This document shows, in pieces, positions 29,002-37,961 of a DNA stretch of 64,000 bases; positions within the stretch are counted from its first letter, which is position 1, and each line of letters begins with the position of its first letter. Location of the stretch: positions 32,001-96,000 of the forward strand of contig JBGAGQ010000014.1 of assembly GCA_044226625.1 (NCBI GenBank), in the 5' to 3' direction. Under the pieces are notes generated by a model that saw only the letters and a program-made list of their open reading frames with translations, was not told the DNA's origin and searched no databases. The position numbers were made by a program, and so were the translations under genes. This DNA comes from Thermoanaerobaculia bacterium. Lineage in GTDB: Bacteria; Acidobacteriota; Thermoanaerobaculia; Multivoradales; UBA5704.

Positions 29002-32000
29002 GTGCCGGTGGTAGTCTTCGCGCGATTTTTCCGCGCTCAGGAACTCGAACCCGTGCAGCCGATCCATTCGACTCTGCGCCCCGTGCAAGGTGCGCCCCTC
29101 GAGGCGGCCGCTCTGTCGGATCGCCATCGGATGGGTTTGGTGCTCCAAGGGGCGGCTCTACTCGCGCATCTGCAGGGGATCGGTTGGCACCTTCCCGACG
29201 GTTGGGCGGACGCCAAGGCGAGCGCGGACGGGCGGCTGGGCGGGCTTTCCGCGGCGCCCGGGCGGCTCGGGCCGATCCAGGAGCTGCTGCGCCATCTGCT
29301 CGCGCTCTGCTTCGGCTCCGGCGGCCTGAGCGGCCGGGGGACGGCGCGGCGTGCTGCGCGGGTGCTCGAAGAGGCGTGGGCACTCGATCTGGCGCCGCTC
29401 TCGGCGGAGACGGCGGTCGAGCAGGTGCTGGAAGCCGCGCCGTTTCTCTGGGAACCGCCTTTCGGCGCGGCGCGTAGGTCGCTCGCGGGACGGCGCGTTG
29501 TCGCAGGGGAGTCGGCAGATCGATCGACAGGCGAGCCAGCGCCCGAGGATGGAGGCCGGCTGTGGGTCGTCGGCCCCGGTTCCTTCCGGCGTCGCGTGCT
29601 CGCTCGGGCGGCCGGCGGAACGGCCGAGGAGACTCTCGGCGCGCTGCTCGCGAGCGTCGAGGCGCGCGAGCTCTGGTTCGGTCCCGCTTGTCTCGAAGAT
29701 CCGGGCGCTCTCGCTTCGGCGGGTCGCTTTCGGGCCGCGGTGCTCGAATGGGAGCGGCGGCCGCCCCGCGGGGGCGAGGAGCGCTTGGCGTTTGCGCGGG
29801 CGCTCGAAGCGATCGGACGGTTCGAGCGGGCGATCGATGCGGTCGGCTCCGATCGATCGTCTGCCGCGCGGCTCGTTCGGGCTCGATGCCAGCTCCGGCT
29901 CGGCCGGCTCGGTGGAGCGCGGGCCGCGCTCCTTCGATTCGAGACGGAGCCGGCCGATGCCGAGCGGACGATCGAGCTCGCGGAGCTCGGCGTGCGCACG
30001 TTCGCCAACGCAGGGGAGCCCGAGGCGGCGGCGCGCTGGGTCGCCCGCGCCCGCGACCCGGTCGGGCAGTCCGGCTCGCTCGCCGCTCGATGGGCGCTGC
30101 TCGCCGAGGTCGCGGCGCTCGACCGCAAGGACCTCGCCGCCGCCCGTGAGCACCTGCTCGAGGCGGAGGGGGCGGGGATCGAGCCGCGCGAGGTCTGGCG
30201 CCTCGACCAGGGGCGAGCTTTGTTGGCGCTCGAGGAGGGGCGGATGGACGCGGCGGCGCTCCACCTCGCCTCGGCGCTCCGCGCGGCGCGGCGGGGCCTG
30301 CCGCGTTTTGAGGCCGCCGGCCTCTGGAACGACCTCGGGCTCGCGCGCGCCGGATGCGACGATCTGCCGGGAGCCGAGCGGGCCTTTCTCCATGCCGACC
30401 GGCTGCTCGCCGGCTGCGACGGGCCGCGGAGGAAGACGCTGGCCCTTTCGAATTTGGCCGAGATCCGCCTCCGGCGCGGCCGCCTCGCCGGGGTGCGCGA
30501 GATCTTGGAGGCTTCGGCGCTCGAGAACCGCCGAGCGGGCAATCTGCGCGGGGAGATTCAGGACGCGGAGCTGTGGGCGCGGCTCGACCTCGCCTGCGGC
30601 CGGCCGGAAGGGGCGCTCACGCGGATCGAGGCGGCGCGGTTGCGGTTGCGCGAGCGGCGGATCGACTGGCGCTCCGGAGAACTCTCGGTTCTGGCGGCGC
30701 GTGCGCTCGGTTGGCTCGGTCGGGCGGAGGAGGCCGCGGTGGAATGGGACCGGTCGGCCGGCCGTGCCCGAGGGTTCCTCGAACCGGAAGAGATTCCGGC
30801 GCTGCTCGCGCTCGCTGGACGGCGCGACGAGGCGATCGCCGCCGCGAACGGCATGCCCTGGCAGCCACTGTTCGCCGCGGCGCTGGGCCTCGCATCGCCG
30901 TCCGAGGCTCCGGAAGAGGTGGAGGCCCTCGACCGTTTGGATACCGCGCGGGCGGCGCGCCTGGTGTTCGATCTCGAAACCATCGCGGGGCGGCACGGCG
31001 GCGAAAGTTTGCGGGACGGAGGCGTCGTCCCCGCCTCCCGTCGGCGAAGAGCGGCTGAGGCCCTGCGGCGGATCGGTGCGGGGCGCTTCGCCGAGCGCCT
31101 CGAGGCACGCGACGGCGGGCCCTGGCGGGCGTTCGAACGGTGGCTGTCGAGAAGAGATCGTCCGGACGACTTTCTTCCGGTCACACTGGAGCCGCTGTTC
31201 GAGGCGTTCGGTCTCGCGGACGCTCGTCTGTCGTTCGAGGAGGAGGGTGCGGAGCCGGAGGTCCTCTTCGACGGACCGGGTGGAGTGAAGGAGCATATCG
31301 CGGCTTGCGGCCGCGGCCGGTTGATCTTGCGATCCGCCGTGTTCGACGAGGCGGCGGCCGCGTTGTTCGCAGCGATCCGGCGCGAGCTCGCCGGGTCGAA
31401 GACGCGGCCTTCGGCGGAAGAGCCCGAAAGGCGAAGCGCCGCACCCGCCATTCCAACCCGTTCGGCTCCTTGGATTGGCGAGCACCCCGCGCTGGTCCGG
31501 GCGCTCGAACGAATTGCGAAGCTCGCTCCAGGCGACCTTCCGATGCTCGTCCTCGGCGAGAGCGGCACCGGCAAGGAGCTCGCGGCGCGCGAGATCCATC
31601 GGCGGAGCCGTCGGCATCGCGCTCCGTTCGTTTCGGTCAACTGCGCCGCGTTGTCGGAGAACCTCCTTCTTTCCGATCTTTTCGGCCACGCGCGCGGGGC
31701 GTTCACGGGCGCCGATCGCGAGCGGCTCGGTGTGTTCGAGACGGCGCAAGGCGGAACGGTTTTTCTCGATGAGATCGGCGATCTGCCGGCCGATGCTCAA
31801 GGCAAGTTGCTGCGGGTGCTTCAGGAAGGCGAGGTGCGACGTCTGGGCGAGAGCCTGGCTCGCAAGGTCGACGTACGCGTGGTCGCCGCGACTCATCGCG
31901 ATCTCTTGCAAGCGGTGCGGGACGGGACGTTTCGCCAGGATCTCTACTACCGCTTGCGCGGCGCGAGCGTGACGCTGCCGCCTCTGCGCGAGCGCGGTGA

Positions 32001-32421
32001 CGACGTCCTGCGCATCGCGGAGCGATTGATCGAAAAGGAGGCGTCACGGCTCGCGATCCATCCGGTGCCGCGGCTCGAACGGCAGGCGGCGGAGCGGCTG
32101 CTGCGCCATTCGTGGCCGGGCAATGTGCGCGAGCTCGAGAACGTCGTGCGCGTCGCCTGCCAGCTCGCGGCCGGCGAAGATTGGATCTCGGCCGAACTAT
32201 TGGAAATCGACACGGCAGGCGACATTGCGATCGAAACCCAAGGGACGGGCTCCTATCGCTCTCAGGTCGACGAGCTTCGAAGCCGTCTCTTGCGCGAGGC
32301 GCTCGCCGCGACCGGGGGCAAGCGCGCCGCGGCGGCGCGCGCCTTGGGTTTGAGTCGGCAGGCGCTCACGTATTTGATTCGTGAGCTGCGACTCGACGAG
32401 CCGCCGATTCAGCGCGGCTGA
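29002..32421 (+). CDS. Large sigma-54-dependent activator (bEBP) with TPR-like N-terminal region
   Basis: GESGTGKE, NCAAL, GAFTGA, FLDEIG, FRQDLYYRL, WPGNVREL, Fis-type HTH; long helical repeat region. Start uncertain (GTG 29002 or 29053). Confidence 0.92.
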   Translation: MPVVVFARFFRAQELEPVQPIHSTLRPVQGAPLEAAALSDRHRMGLVLQGAALLAHLQGIGWHLPDGWADAKASADGRLGGLSAAPGRLGPIQELLRHLLALCFGSGGLSGRGTARRAARVLEEAWALDLAPLSAETAVEQVLEAAPFLWEPPFGAARRSLAGRRVVAGESADRSTGEPAPEDGGRLWVVGPGSFRRRVLARAAGGTAEETLGALLASVEARELWFGPACLEDPGALASAGRFRAAVLEWERRPPRGGEERLAFARALEAIGRFERAIDAVGSDRSSAARLVRARCQLRLGRLGGARAALLRFETEPADAERTIELAELGVRTFANAGEPEAAARWVARARDPVGQSGSLAARWALLAEVAALDRKDLAAAREHLLEAEGAGIEPREVWRLDQGRALLALEEGRMDAAALHLASALRAARRGLPRFEAAGLWNDLGLARAGCDDLPGAERAFLHADRLLAGCDGPRRKTLALSNLAEIRLRRGRLAGVREILEASALENRRAGNLRGEIQDAELWARLDLACGRPEGALTRIEAARLRLRERRIDWRSGELSVLAARALGWLGRAEEAAVEWDRSAGRARGFLEPEEIPALLALAGRRDEAIAAANGMPWQPLFAAALGLASPSEAPEEVEALDRLDTARAARLVFDLETIAGRHGGESLRDGGVVPASRRRRAAEALRRIGAGRFAERLEARDGGPWRAFERWLSRRDRPDDFLPVTLEPLFEAFGLADARLSFEEEGAEPEVLFDGPGGVKEHIAACGRGRLILRSAVFDEAAAALFAAIRRELAGSKTRPSAEEPERRSAAPAIPTRSAPWIGEHPALVRALERIAKLAPGDLPMLVLGESGTGKELAAREIHRRSRRHRAPFVSVNCAALSENLLLSDLFGHARGAFTGADRERLGVFETAQGGTVFLDEIGDLPADAQGKLLRVLQEGEVRRLGESLARKVDVRVVAATHRDLLQAVRDGTFRQDLYYRLRGASVTLPPLRERGDDVLRIAERLIEKEASRLAIHPVPRLERQAAERLLRHSWPGNVRELENVVRVACQLAAGEDWISAELLEIDTAGDIAIETQGTGSYRSQVDELRSRLLREALAATGGKRAAAARALGLSRQALTYLIRELRLDEPPIQRG

Positions 32422-32507
32422 TTTCCAAAGAACAGACTTGCCGAACGCGGCGCTCGCTACCAAGCGTTCTCGCGATCGAAACGAAATGTCCGACGAAAGG
32501 GGCGGAA

Positions 32508-32549
32508 GTCAAACATCGGTTGACATATAGCCCCAGCCTGATCGATACT
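32508..32549 (+). promoter_or_regulatory. Putative sigma-70 promoter with overlapping inverted repeat
   Basis: TTGACA (32520-25), N18, GATACT (32544-49); GTCAA-N7-TTGAC palindrome at 32508-32524. Confidence 0.5.
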
Positions 32550-32625
32550 CCGGAGCGGTGAAAACCCCTAGAACGACAACGTGTTGCTCGAATTGCAACT
32601 TCTGAAACCGGAGGTACGATCGATC

Positions 32626-33390
32626 ATGGCGACGAAACGAATGGCGCGTAACGCGACAAAAACGGCGGCGAAATCCGCGAAGCGCTCGGCAAGGGCGCCG
32701 AAAGCCTCACCGCGGGCGGAGAGCGCGAAGCCGGAGTCCGAAACCGCACCTACGGGCGAGCGGTTGCTTACGCTCACGGAGATTTCGAAGCGCGCCAACA
32801 TTTCGATGCCCACCCTTCAGCGTTATAAAAAACTGTACCAGTCGCGGATCCCCTCGGTGGGCAGGGGGCGCAAGCAGCGCTACTTGGAGAGCTCGCTCTC
32901 CGTGTTCGAAGAGCTCAAGAACGAAAACATCGGTCGTCGCGGTCGTCCGCGCAAGGAAACGAAGGACGGCTCGGCGAAGCCTGCCGGCCGGGTCGGGGGA
33001 CGCGCGGCCAAGAGCGCCGACACGCCGTCTTCGCGCCGCGCGAGCAAAGAAGGCTCGGGCTCGGGTCTTTTGACGCTAACCCAGATCAGCAAGCTCGCTG
33101 GCGTTTCGTATCCGACCGCGGTGCGCTACGTCCGCCTGTTCCTGGACCGCCTCCCGCACGAGGGCGAAGGCCGTCGCCGCCGTTTCTATTCGGGCGCGGT
33201 CGACGTCTTCAATCAGCTGCGTGAAGAGGGTGGGCGGGGCGGTCAGCGCGTCGCTCGGATCGCAGGACGCGCCGTGCACGCGATCGAAAGCGGCGTCGCC
33301 GATCGAATCAAGCAGCTGGAAAAGGCGCAACAGAATTTCGAAAAGAAGTTGCGCACGCTGGCGCAAAGCCTGCAGAAGTTTCTCGAGTAG
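32626..33390 (+). CDS. Basic DNA-binding protein: K/A-rich tail, two MerR-like HTH domains, AT-hook, C-terminal coiled coil
   Basis: RBS GGAGGT; internal duplication LLTLTEISKRANISMPTLQRY / LLTLTQISKLAGVSYPTAVRY; GRRGRPRK. Confidence 0.8.
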   Translation: MATKRMARNATKTAAKSAKRSARAPKASPRAESAKPESETAPTGERLLTLTEISKRANISMPTLQRYKKLYQSRIPSVGRGRKQRYLESSLSVFEELKNENIGRRGRPRKETKDGSAKPAGRVGGRAAKSADTPSSRRASKEGSGSGLLTLTQISKLAGVSYPTAVRYVRLFLDRLPHEGEGRRRRFYSGAVDVFNQLREEGGRGGQRVARIAGRAVHAIESGVADRIKQLEKAQQNFEKKLRTLAQSLQKFLE

Positions 33391-33411
33391 GCTCCGCGCC
33401 ACGGAGATTCG

Positions 33412-33435
33412 GGGGCGGGATGTCCGTTCCGCCCC
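33412..33435 (+). terminator. Hairpin between convergent genes
   Basis: GGGGCGGGA-tgtccg-TTCCGCCCC stem followed by a pyrimidine tract. Confidence 0.6.
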
Positions 33436-33437
33436 GA

Positions 33438-33481
33438 CTTCCTTCCTTCCTTCCTTCCTTCCTTCCTTCCTTCCTTCCTTC
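33438..33481. repeat. Perfect (CTTC)11 microsatellite
   Basis: 44 bp, read directly from the sequence. Confidence 0.97.
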
Positions 33482-33503
33482 TACTTTCCTTTAGGTCTTC
33501 GGC

Positions 33504-34514
33504 TCAGCGCAGGTGGTCCCAACCCGACGCCGGCAAACGGGATGTCTTCCCTTCGATCGAAAGGCGAACGTCAGCACCGCTCGTGATCTCGCCGATTTTC
33601 GTGCAGCCGAGATTCTCAGGTGGCGCGCTTCGCGGCGGAAGGGAAAACAACAGGACGTAATCTTCGCCTCCCGAAAGCGCGAGCGCGAGCGGCTCTTCAC
33701 CGACGGCACGACAGAGCGAGGCGAAGTCCGGCGCGAGCGGCAGCGCCTCGGCGGCGATCGTGGCGCCCACCCCCGACTCACGGCAGAGACGGTGTAGATC
33801 GCGCGCGAGGCCGTCCGAGACGTCGATCGCCGCGGCGCGGGTGCGACGACCCAAGGCGAGCCCGAGCCGAAGCTGCGGCCGTGGCTCGAGATGTCTTTGG
33901 ATCGCTCGTCGGGCGGCGCGATCGAGCGCGGCGGATAGCCTGAGATCAGGCAGCCCTTGGGGGCGTCCGCTGCGCCCACGAGCTGTGACCGTGGCTCCGC
34001 GCCCGAGGAGGCGATGCCCGAGCGCCGACTCTCCGACGGTACCGCCGAGATAAAGGAAATCTCCCGGGCGTGCGGTGCTTCGTCGCAGCCACCTCCCTCC
34101 CTTCGGCCGCCGGCCGAGCAGGGTGAGGTGCGCGGAAAAACCGCTTGGATGGCGAGCGAGGTCGCCGCCGGCGAGCGTGACCCCCGCCTTCTTCGCGGCT
34201 TCGACGAACGAAACGAAAAATCGACGGACGTCGTAGCCGGGGGCCAGGCCGAGCGCGAGGAAGGCCCAGGCGGGGTCCGCGCCCGAGGCGGCCAGATCGG
34301 AGAGGTTCACCGCGAGCAGGCGCCGCGCGACGAGAGCGGGGTCGAGCCCCGGAAAGAAATGGGTCCCTTCGATCTGGCTGTCGGTGGTGATCGCCCACTC
34401 GCCGCCGAGCCGCAAGTAGGCGGCGTCGTCGCCGATCGGAGATTTCTTGGAGTCCCTCTCGAGCCGCCGGCGGAGCCAGGCGATCAACCGGTCCTCGGAC
34501 CGGTCCACGCTCAA
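33504..34514 (-). CDS. thiL: Thiamine-monophosphate kinase
   Basis: IGDDAA, EGTHF, VNLSDLAASGA, LAGGD, IDVSDGL, GGEDYVLLF, GWDH. Confidence 0.95.
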   Translation of the reverse strand: MSVDRSEDRLIAWLRRRLERDSKKSPIGDDAAYLRLGGEWAITTDSQIEGTHFFPGLDPALVARRLLAVNLSDLAASGADPAWAFLALGLAPGYDVRRFFVSFVEAAKKAGVTLAGGDLARHPSGFSAHLTLLGRRPKGGRWLRRSTARPGDFLYLGGTVGESALGHRLLGRGATVTARGRSGRPQGLPDLRLSAALDRAARRAIQRHLEPRPQLRLGLALGRRTRAAAIDVSDGLARDLHRLCRESGVGATIAAEALPLAPDFASLCRAVGEEPLALALSGGEDYVLLFSLPPRSAPPENLGCTKIGEITSGADVRLSIEGKTSRLPASGWDHLR

Positions 34515-37048
34515 GAGGAAGCCGACGCGGCGTCGCCCACGGCGCCGGCCGCGATCCCCTGGGGCAGGGACATCGGCGACGCGTCCCCCTCCGGAGCGGC
34601 GGCCGCTTCCGAGCTCGCGGCATCGGCAGGCGCGGCCGGCGGGGCGCCCGCTTCCGCGCCCGGTCCGGCCGGCGCCGGCAACAGCGCGTAGTCGAGCACC
34701 TCGCCCATGTGCTCGACGAAGTGGAAGGTGAGCCCCTCCTGGATCGCCGCGGGAACCTCGGTAAGGTCGCGCCGGTTGAGCTTGGGAATCAGGATGACGT
34801 GGATTCCCGCGAGCTTCGCCGCGAGTACTTTCTCTTTCAATCCGCCGATCGGCAGGACGTCGCCGCGCAGCGTGATCTCCCCGGTCATCGCGACCCGTCG
34901 ATGGATCGGACGACCGGTGAGCACGGAGAGGACGGCGGCCCCGATCGTGATGCCGGCCGACGGTCCATCTTTGGGGATCGACCCGGCGGGTACGTGGACG
35001 TGCAGGTCGCGTTTGGCGAACCAGTCCTCGGCGAGGCCGTGCTCCGCCGCGTAAGCTCGGGCGTACGAGAGGGCCGCCTGGGCGGACTCTTTCATCACCT
35101 CGCCGAGCTGGCCGGTGAGGAGCAGATGCCCCTTGCCCGGCACGGCGATCACCTCGATGAACAGGAGGTCACCCCCCGCGGCGGTCCAGGCGAGCCCGGT
35201 TGCCACCCCGACCCGATCGCGATCGAGGAGCTCTTCGTTGAAATGTTTACGCGGCCCGAGGAAGCTTTCGACCTGCGCGGGGTCGAGCAGGACCGTCGAG
35301 TCGTCGCCGCGCGCGACGCGGACGGCGACCTTTCGGCAGACCGCCGCGAGCTCGCGCTCGAGATTTCGCAGGCCGGCTTCCTTCGTGTAATCCGAGATGA
35401 TCTTGCGCAGCCCTGCCTCGGGCAGGTCGACATGGCGCTCCTCGAGCCCGTTCTCCTTGAGCTGTTTCGGGATCAGGTGGCGGCGCGCGATCTCGAGCTT
35501 TTCCTCTTCGGTGTAGCCGGAGAGGCGGATCACCTCCATCCGGTCGAGGAAGGCGGGCTGAATCGGATCGAGCATGTTCGCGGTCGCGATGAACAGCACC
35601 CGCGAGAGGTCGTACGGGATCCCGAGGTAGTGATCGACGAAGGCGTTGTTCTGCTCCGGGTCGAGCACCTCCAGCAGCGCCGACGACGGATCGCCGCGGA
35701 AATCCGCGCCGATCTTGTCGATCTCGTCGAGCACGAAGACCGGGTTCGAGGTGCCGGCCTGGCGCACCCCCTGGAGGATGCGGCCGGGAAGCGCCCCCAC
35801 GTAGGTGCGCCGATGGCCGCGCACCTCCGCCTCGTCGCGCACGCCGCCGAGGGAGATTCGGACGAACTGGCGTCCCATGGCGCGGGCGATCGAGCGCCCG
35901 AGCGAGGTTTTGCCGACCCCCGGGGGACCGACGAAGCAGAGGATCGGTCCACGGGTGTCGGCTTTGAGCTTGCGCACCGCGAGGAACTCGAGGATGCGCT
36001 CTTTGATCTTTTCGAGGTCGAAGTGGTCCTCGTCGAGGACCTGCCGGCCGTGGTCGAGATCGAGGTCGTCGACCGAGGTCGTGGCCCAGGGGAGTGCGGT
36101 GAGCCAATCGAGGTAGGTGCGGATGATCTGCGTCTCCGCGCTCTCCGGATGGCTCCGCTCGAGGCGGCGGATCTGCCGCTCCAGCTCTTCCTTGCCCTCG
36201 TCGGAGAGCCCCCTCTCCTCGGCGAGCTTGCGGTAGTTGGCGACCTCTTCGGCGAGCTCTTCGCCTTCGCCGAGCTCTTGCTGGATTGCCTTGAGCTGCT
36301 GGCGCAGGTAGTACTCGCGCTGGCTCTTGTCCATCTCGCCGCGCGCCTGCGACGAGATCTCCTGCTGCATCGTGAGCACCTGGATCTCGCGCACCAGGAG
36401 GTCGGAGACGCGCTTCAGACGCTCGATCGGATCGAACGTCTCGAGCAGCTGTTGCGCCTCGTGCGGCTTCAGGTCGAGGTTGCTCGCCGCGAGGTCGGCC
36501 AGCCGGCCGGCCTCTTCCAGGTTGGCGGCGATCACCATCACCTCGGGAGAGATCGATTTGCCGAGCGAGACCGCGCGATCGAGGCTCTCCTTGACCGAGC
36601 GGACCAGCGCTTCGGTTTCGAGGGTGCGCTCGAACGGTACGTCGTCGATCCGCTCGATCTTCGCCTGGAGGTAGGGTTCGGTCTGGCCGATGTGGACCAC
36701 CCGGGCGCGCGCGAGACCTTGGACCAGGATGCGGATGCGGCCATCCGGAAGCTTGAGCATCCGCATGATGATCGCCGCGGTCCCCACCGGATAGAGGTCG
36801 GCCTCACCGGGGTTTTCGATCGCGCCGTCGCGCTGGGCGACGAGCAGGATGACCCGGCTCTCGGCGAGGGCCCGATCGACCGCGAAGACGCTTTTGTCCC
36901 TCCCCACCGAGAGCGGCAGGATGATGTAGGGAAAGATCACCGTGTCCTTGAGCGGCAGCACCGGCAGGACGTCCGGGATCTTGATCGCCTCTTCGTTCGA
37001 TTCCGAGGGAGGGCGGGTCGGAACGCCGCTCGTCAGGGCCGTGCTCAT
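34511..37048 (-). CDS. lon: Lon protease
   Basis: LPVLPL N-domain, GPPGVGKTS, RGHRRTYVGA, LDEIDK, PKDGPSAG (Ser), PIGGLKEK (Lys). Confidence 0.98.
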   Translation of the reverse strand: MSTALTSGVPTRPPSESNEEAIKIPDVLPVLPLKDTVIFPYIILPLSVGRDKSVFAVDRALAESRVILLVAQRDGAIENPGEADLYPVGTAAIIMRMLKLPDGRIRILVQGLARARVVHIGQTEPYLQAKIERIDDVPFERTLETEALVRSVKESLDRAVSLGKSISPEVMVIAANLEEAGRLADLAASNLDLKPHEAQQLLETFDPIERLKRVSDLLVREIQVLTMQQEISSQARGEMDKSQREYYLRQQLKAIQQELGEGEELAEEVANYRKLAEERGLSDEGKEELERQIRRLERSHPESAETQIIRTYLDWLTALPWATTSVDDLDLDHGRQVLDEDHFDLEKIKERILEFLAVRKLKADTRGPILCFVGPPGVGKTSLGRSIARAMGRQFVRISLGGVRDEAEVRGHRRTYVGALPGRILQGVRQAGTSNPVFVLDEIDKIGADFRGDPSSALLEVLDPEQNNAFVDHYLGIPYDLSRVLFIATANMLDPIQPAFLDRMEVIRLSGYTEEEKLEIARRHLIPKQLKENGLEERHVDLPEAGLRKIISDYTKEAGLRNLERELAAVCRKVAVRVARGDDSTVLLDPAQVESFLGPRKHFNEELLDRDRVGVATGLAWTAAGGDLLFIEVIAVPGKGHLLLTGQLGEVMKESAQAALSYARAYAAEHGLAEDWFAKRDLHVHVPAGSIPKDGPSAGITIGAAVLSVLTGRPIHRRVAMTGEITLRGDVLPIGGLKEKVLAAKLAGIHVILIPKLNRRDLTEVPAAIQEGLTFHFVEHMGEVLDYALLPAPAGPGAEAGAPPAAPADAASSEAAAAPEGDASPMSLPQGIAAGAVGDAASASS

Positions 37049-37485
37049 TCCCCCTCCTCGATCGGCACCAGGCGAACCGCCAGTCGCTTCTCTTCGACCT
37101 TCGGGAACTCGACGGCGAGCAGGCCGTGGACCAGCCGCGCCTTGCCCTGGTGGGTATTGACCGGGACGTACAGCTGCACCTCACGGCGAAAACGACCGTG
37201 CGACCGTTCGATGCGCTCGAACCGGATCTTGTCGGAGGGAAGAGGCGTCATCTTGACGCCCGAGATAGCAACTCTCGTGCCGCGTACTTCGATCTTCAAA
37301 TCCTCGGGCGAGAGGCCGGGCACCTCGACCAGGATCAGGATCGAATCGGCCGTCTCGACGATGTCGAGCTCGGGGCACCATTCCGTGGCCGGATCGGTAC
37401 CCAGCTCGAGCGCCTCCGCGAACAGGCGATCCATCTCGGCGTGAAAGCGGGAGATCAACTCGATCGAGGCGATCCGTTTCGCCAC
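37045..37485 (-). CDS. Hsp20/alpha-crystallin small heat-shock protein
   Basis: PELDIVET, EVPG, IERSHGRFRREVQL, GLLAVEFPK; overlaps the lon start. Confidence 0.93.
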   Translation of the reverse strand: MAKRIASIELISRFHAEMDRLFAEALELGTDPATEWCPELDIVETADSILILVEVPGLSPEDLKIEVRGTRVAISGVKMTPLPSDKIRFERIERSHGRFRREVQLYVPVNTHQGKARLVHGLLAVEFPKVEEKRLAVRLVPIEEGE

Positions 37486-37486
37486 G

Positions 37487-37951
37487 CTACTCCCCTTCCT
37501 GGCCTTGGATCAGCGTCTGGACGACGTCGGTGAATGCTCCGATGTCCTCGAACCGGCGGTAGACCGAGGCGAACCGGACGTAGGCCACCTGATCGAGCTC
37601 CCGCAGGCGTTCCATCACGAACGCGCCGATGTCCCGGGTCGAGATCTCGCGATCCTCGCGCTCGTGGAGGAGCGTCTCGGCGTCGTCGGCGATCCGCTCG
37701 AGCTGTTTTCCCGAGACCGGCCGCTTCTCGCACGCCCGGTAGAGGCCCGCGAGCAGCTTCTTGCGGCTGAACTCCTCGCGCCGGCCGTCGTGCTTGACGA
37801 CCATGTACGGAATGCCTTCGATCTGCTCGTAGGAGGTGTAGCGCCGGCCGCACCCCAGGCATTCCCGCCGCCGGCGGATTACGTCACCGTCGCGGCTCTC
37901 GCGCGAATCGACCACGCGATCGCGATTTTCGGAACAGAAGGGGCACCTCAT
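37487..37951 (-). CDS. nrdR: Transcriptional repressor NrdR
   Basis: MRCPFC, DSR, RRRRECLGC, ATP cone, AYVRFASVYR. Confidence 0.98.
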   Translation of the reverse strand: MRCPFCSENRDRVVDSRESRDGDVIRRRRECLGCGRRYTSYEQIEGIPYMVVKHDGRREEFSRKKLLAGLYRACEKRPVSGKQLERIADDAETLLHEREDREISTRDIGAFVMERLRELDQVAYVRFASVYRRFEDIGAFTDVVQTLIQGQEGE

Positions 37952-37961
37952 CGGCGCTCGG

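Noticed and set aside
23499-31911. Very long alternative-frame ORFs (e.g. 23499-26429 minus, 24611-26884 plus, 29158-31911 minus; likewise 34709-37444, 42125-44170)
   Set aside because: They overlap well-supported genes, have Arg/Pro/Gly-rich non-protein-like composition, and are expected stop-poor shadows in high-GC DNA.
32581-32598. Sigma-54 promoter downstream of the bEBP gene
   Set aside because: TTGC is present but the invariant -24 GG is missing (GT).
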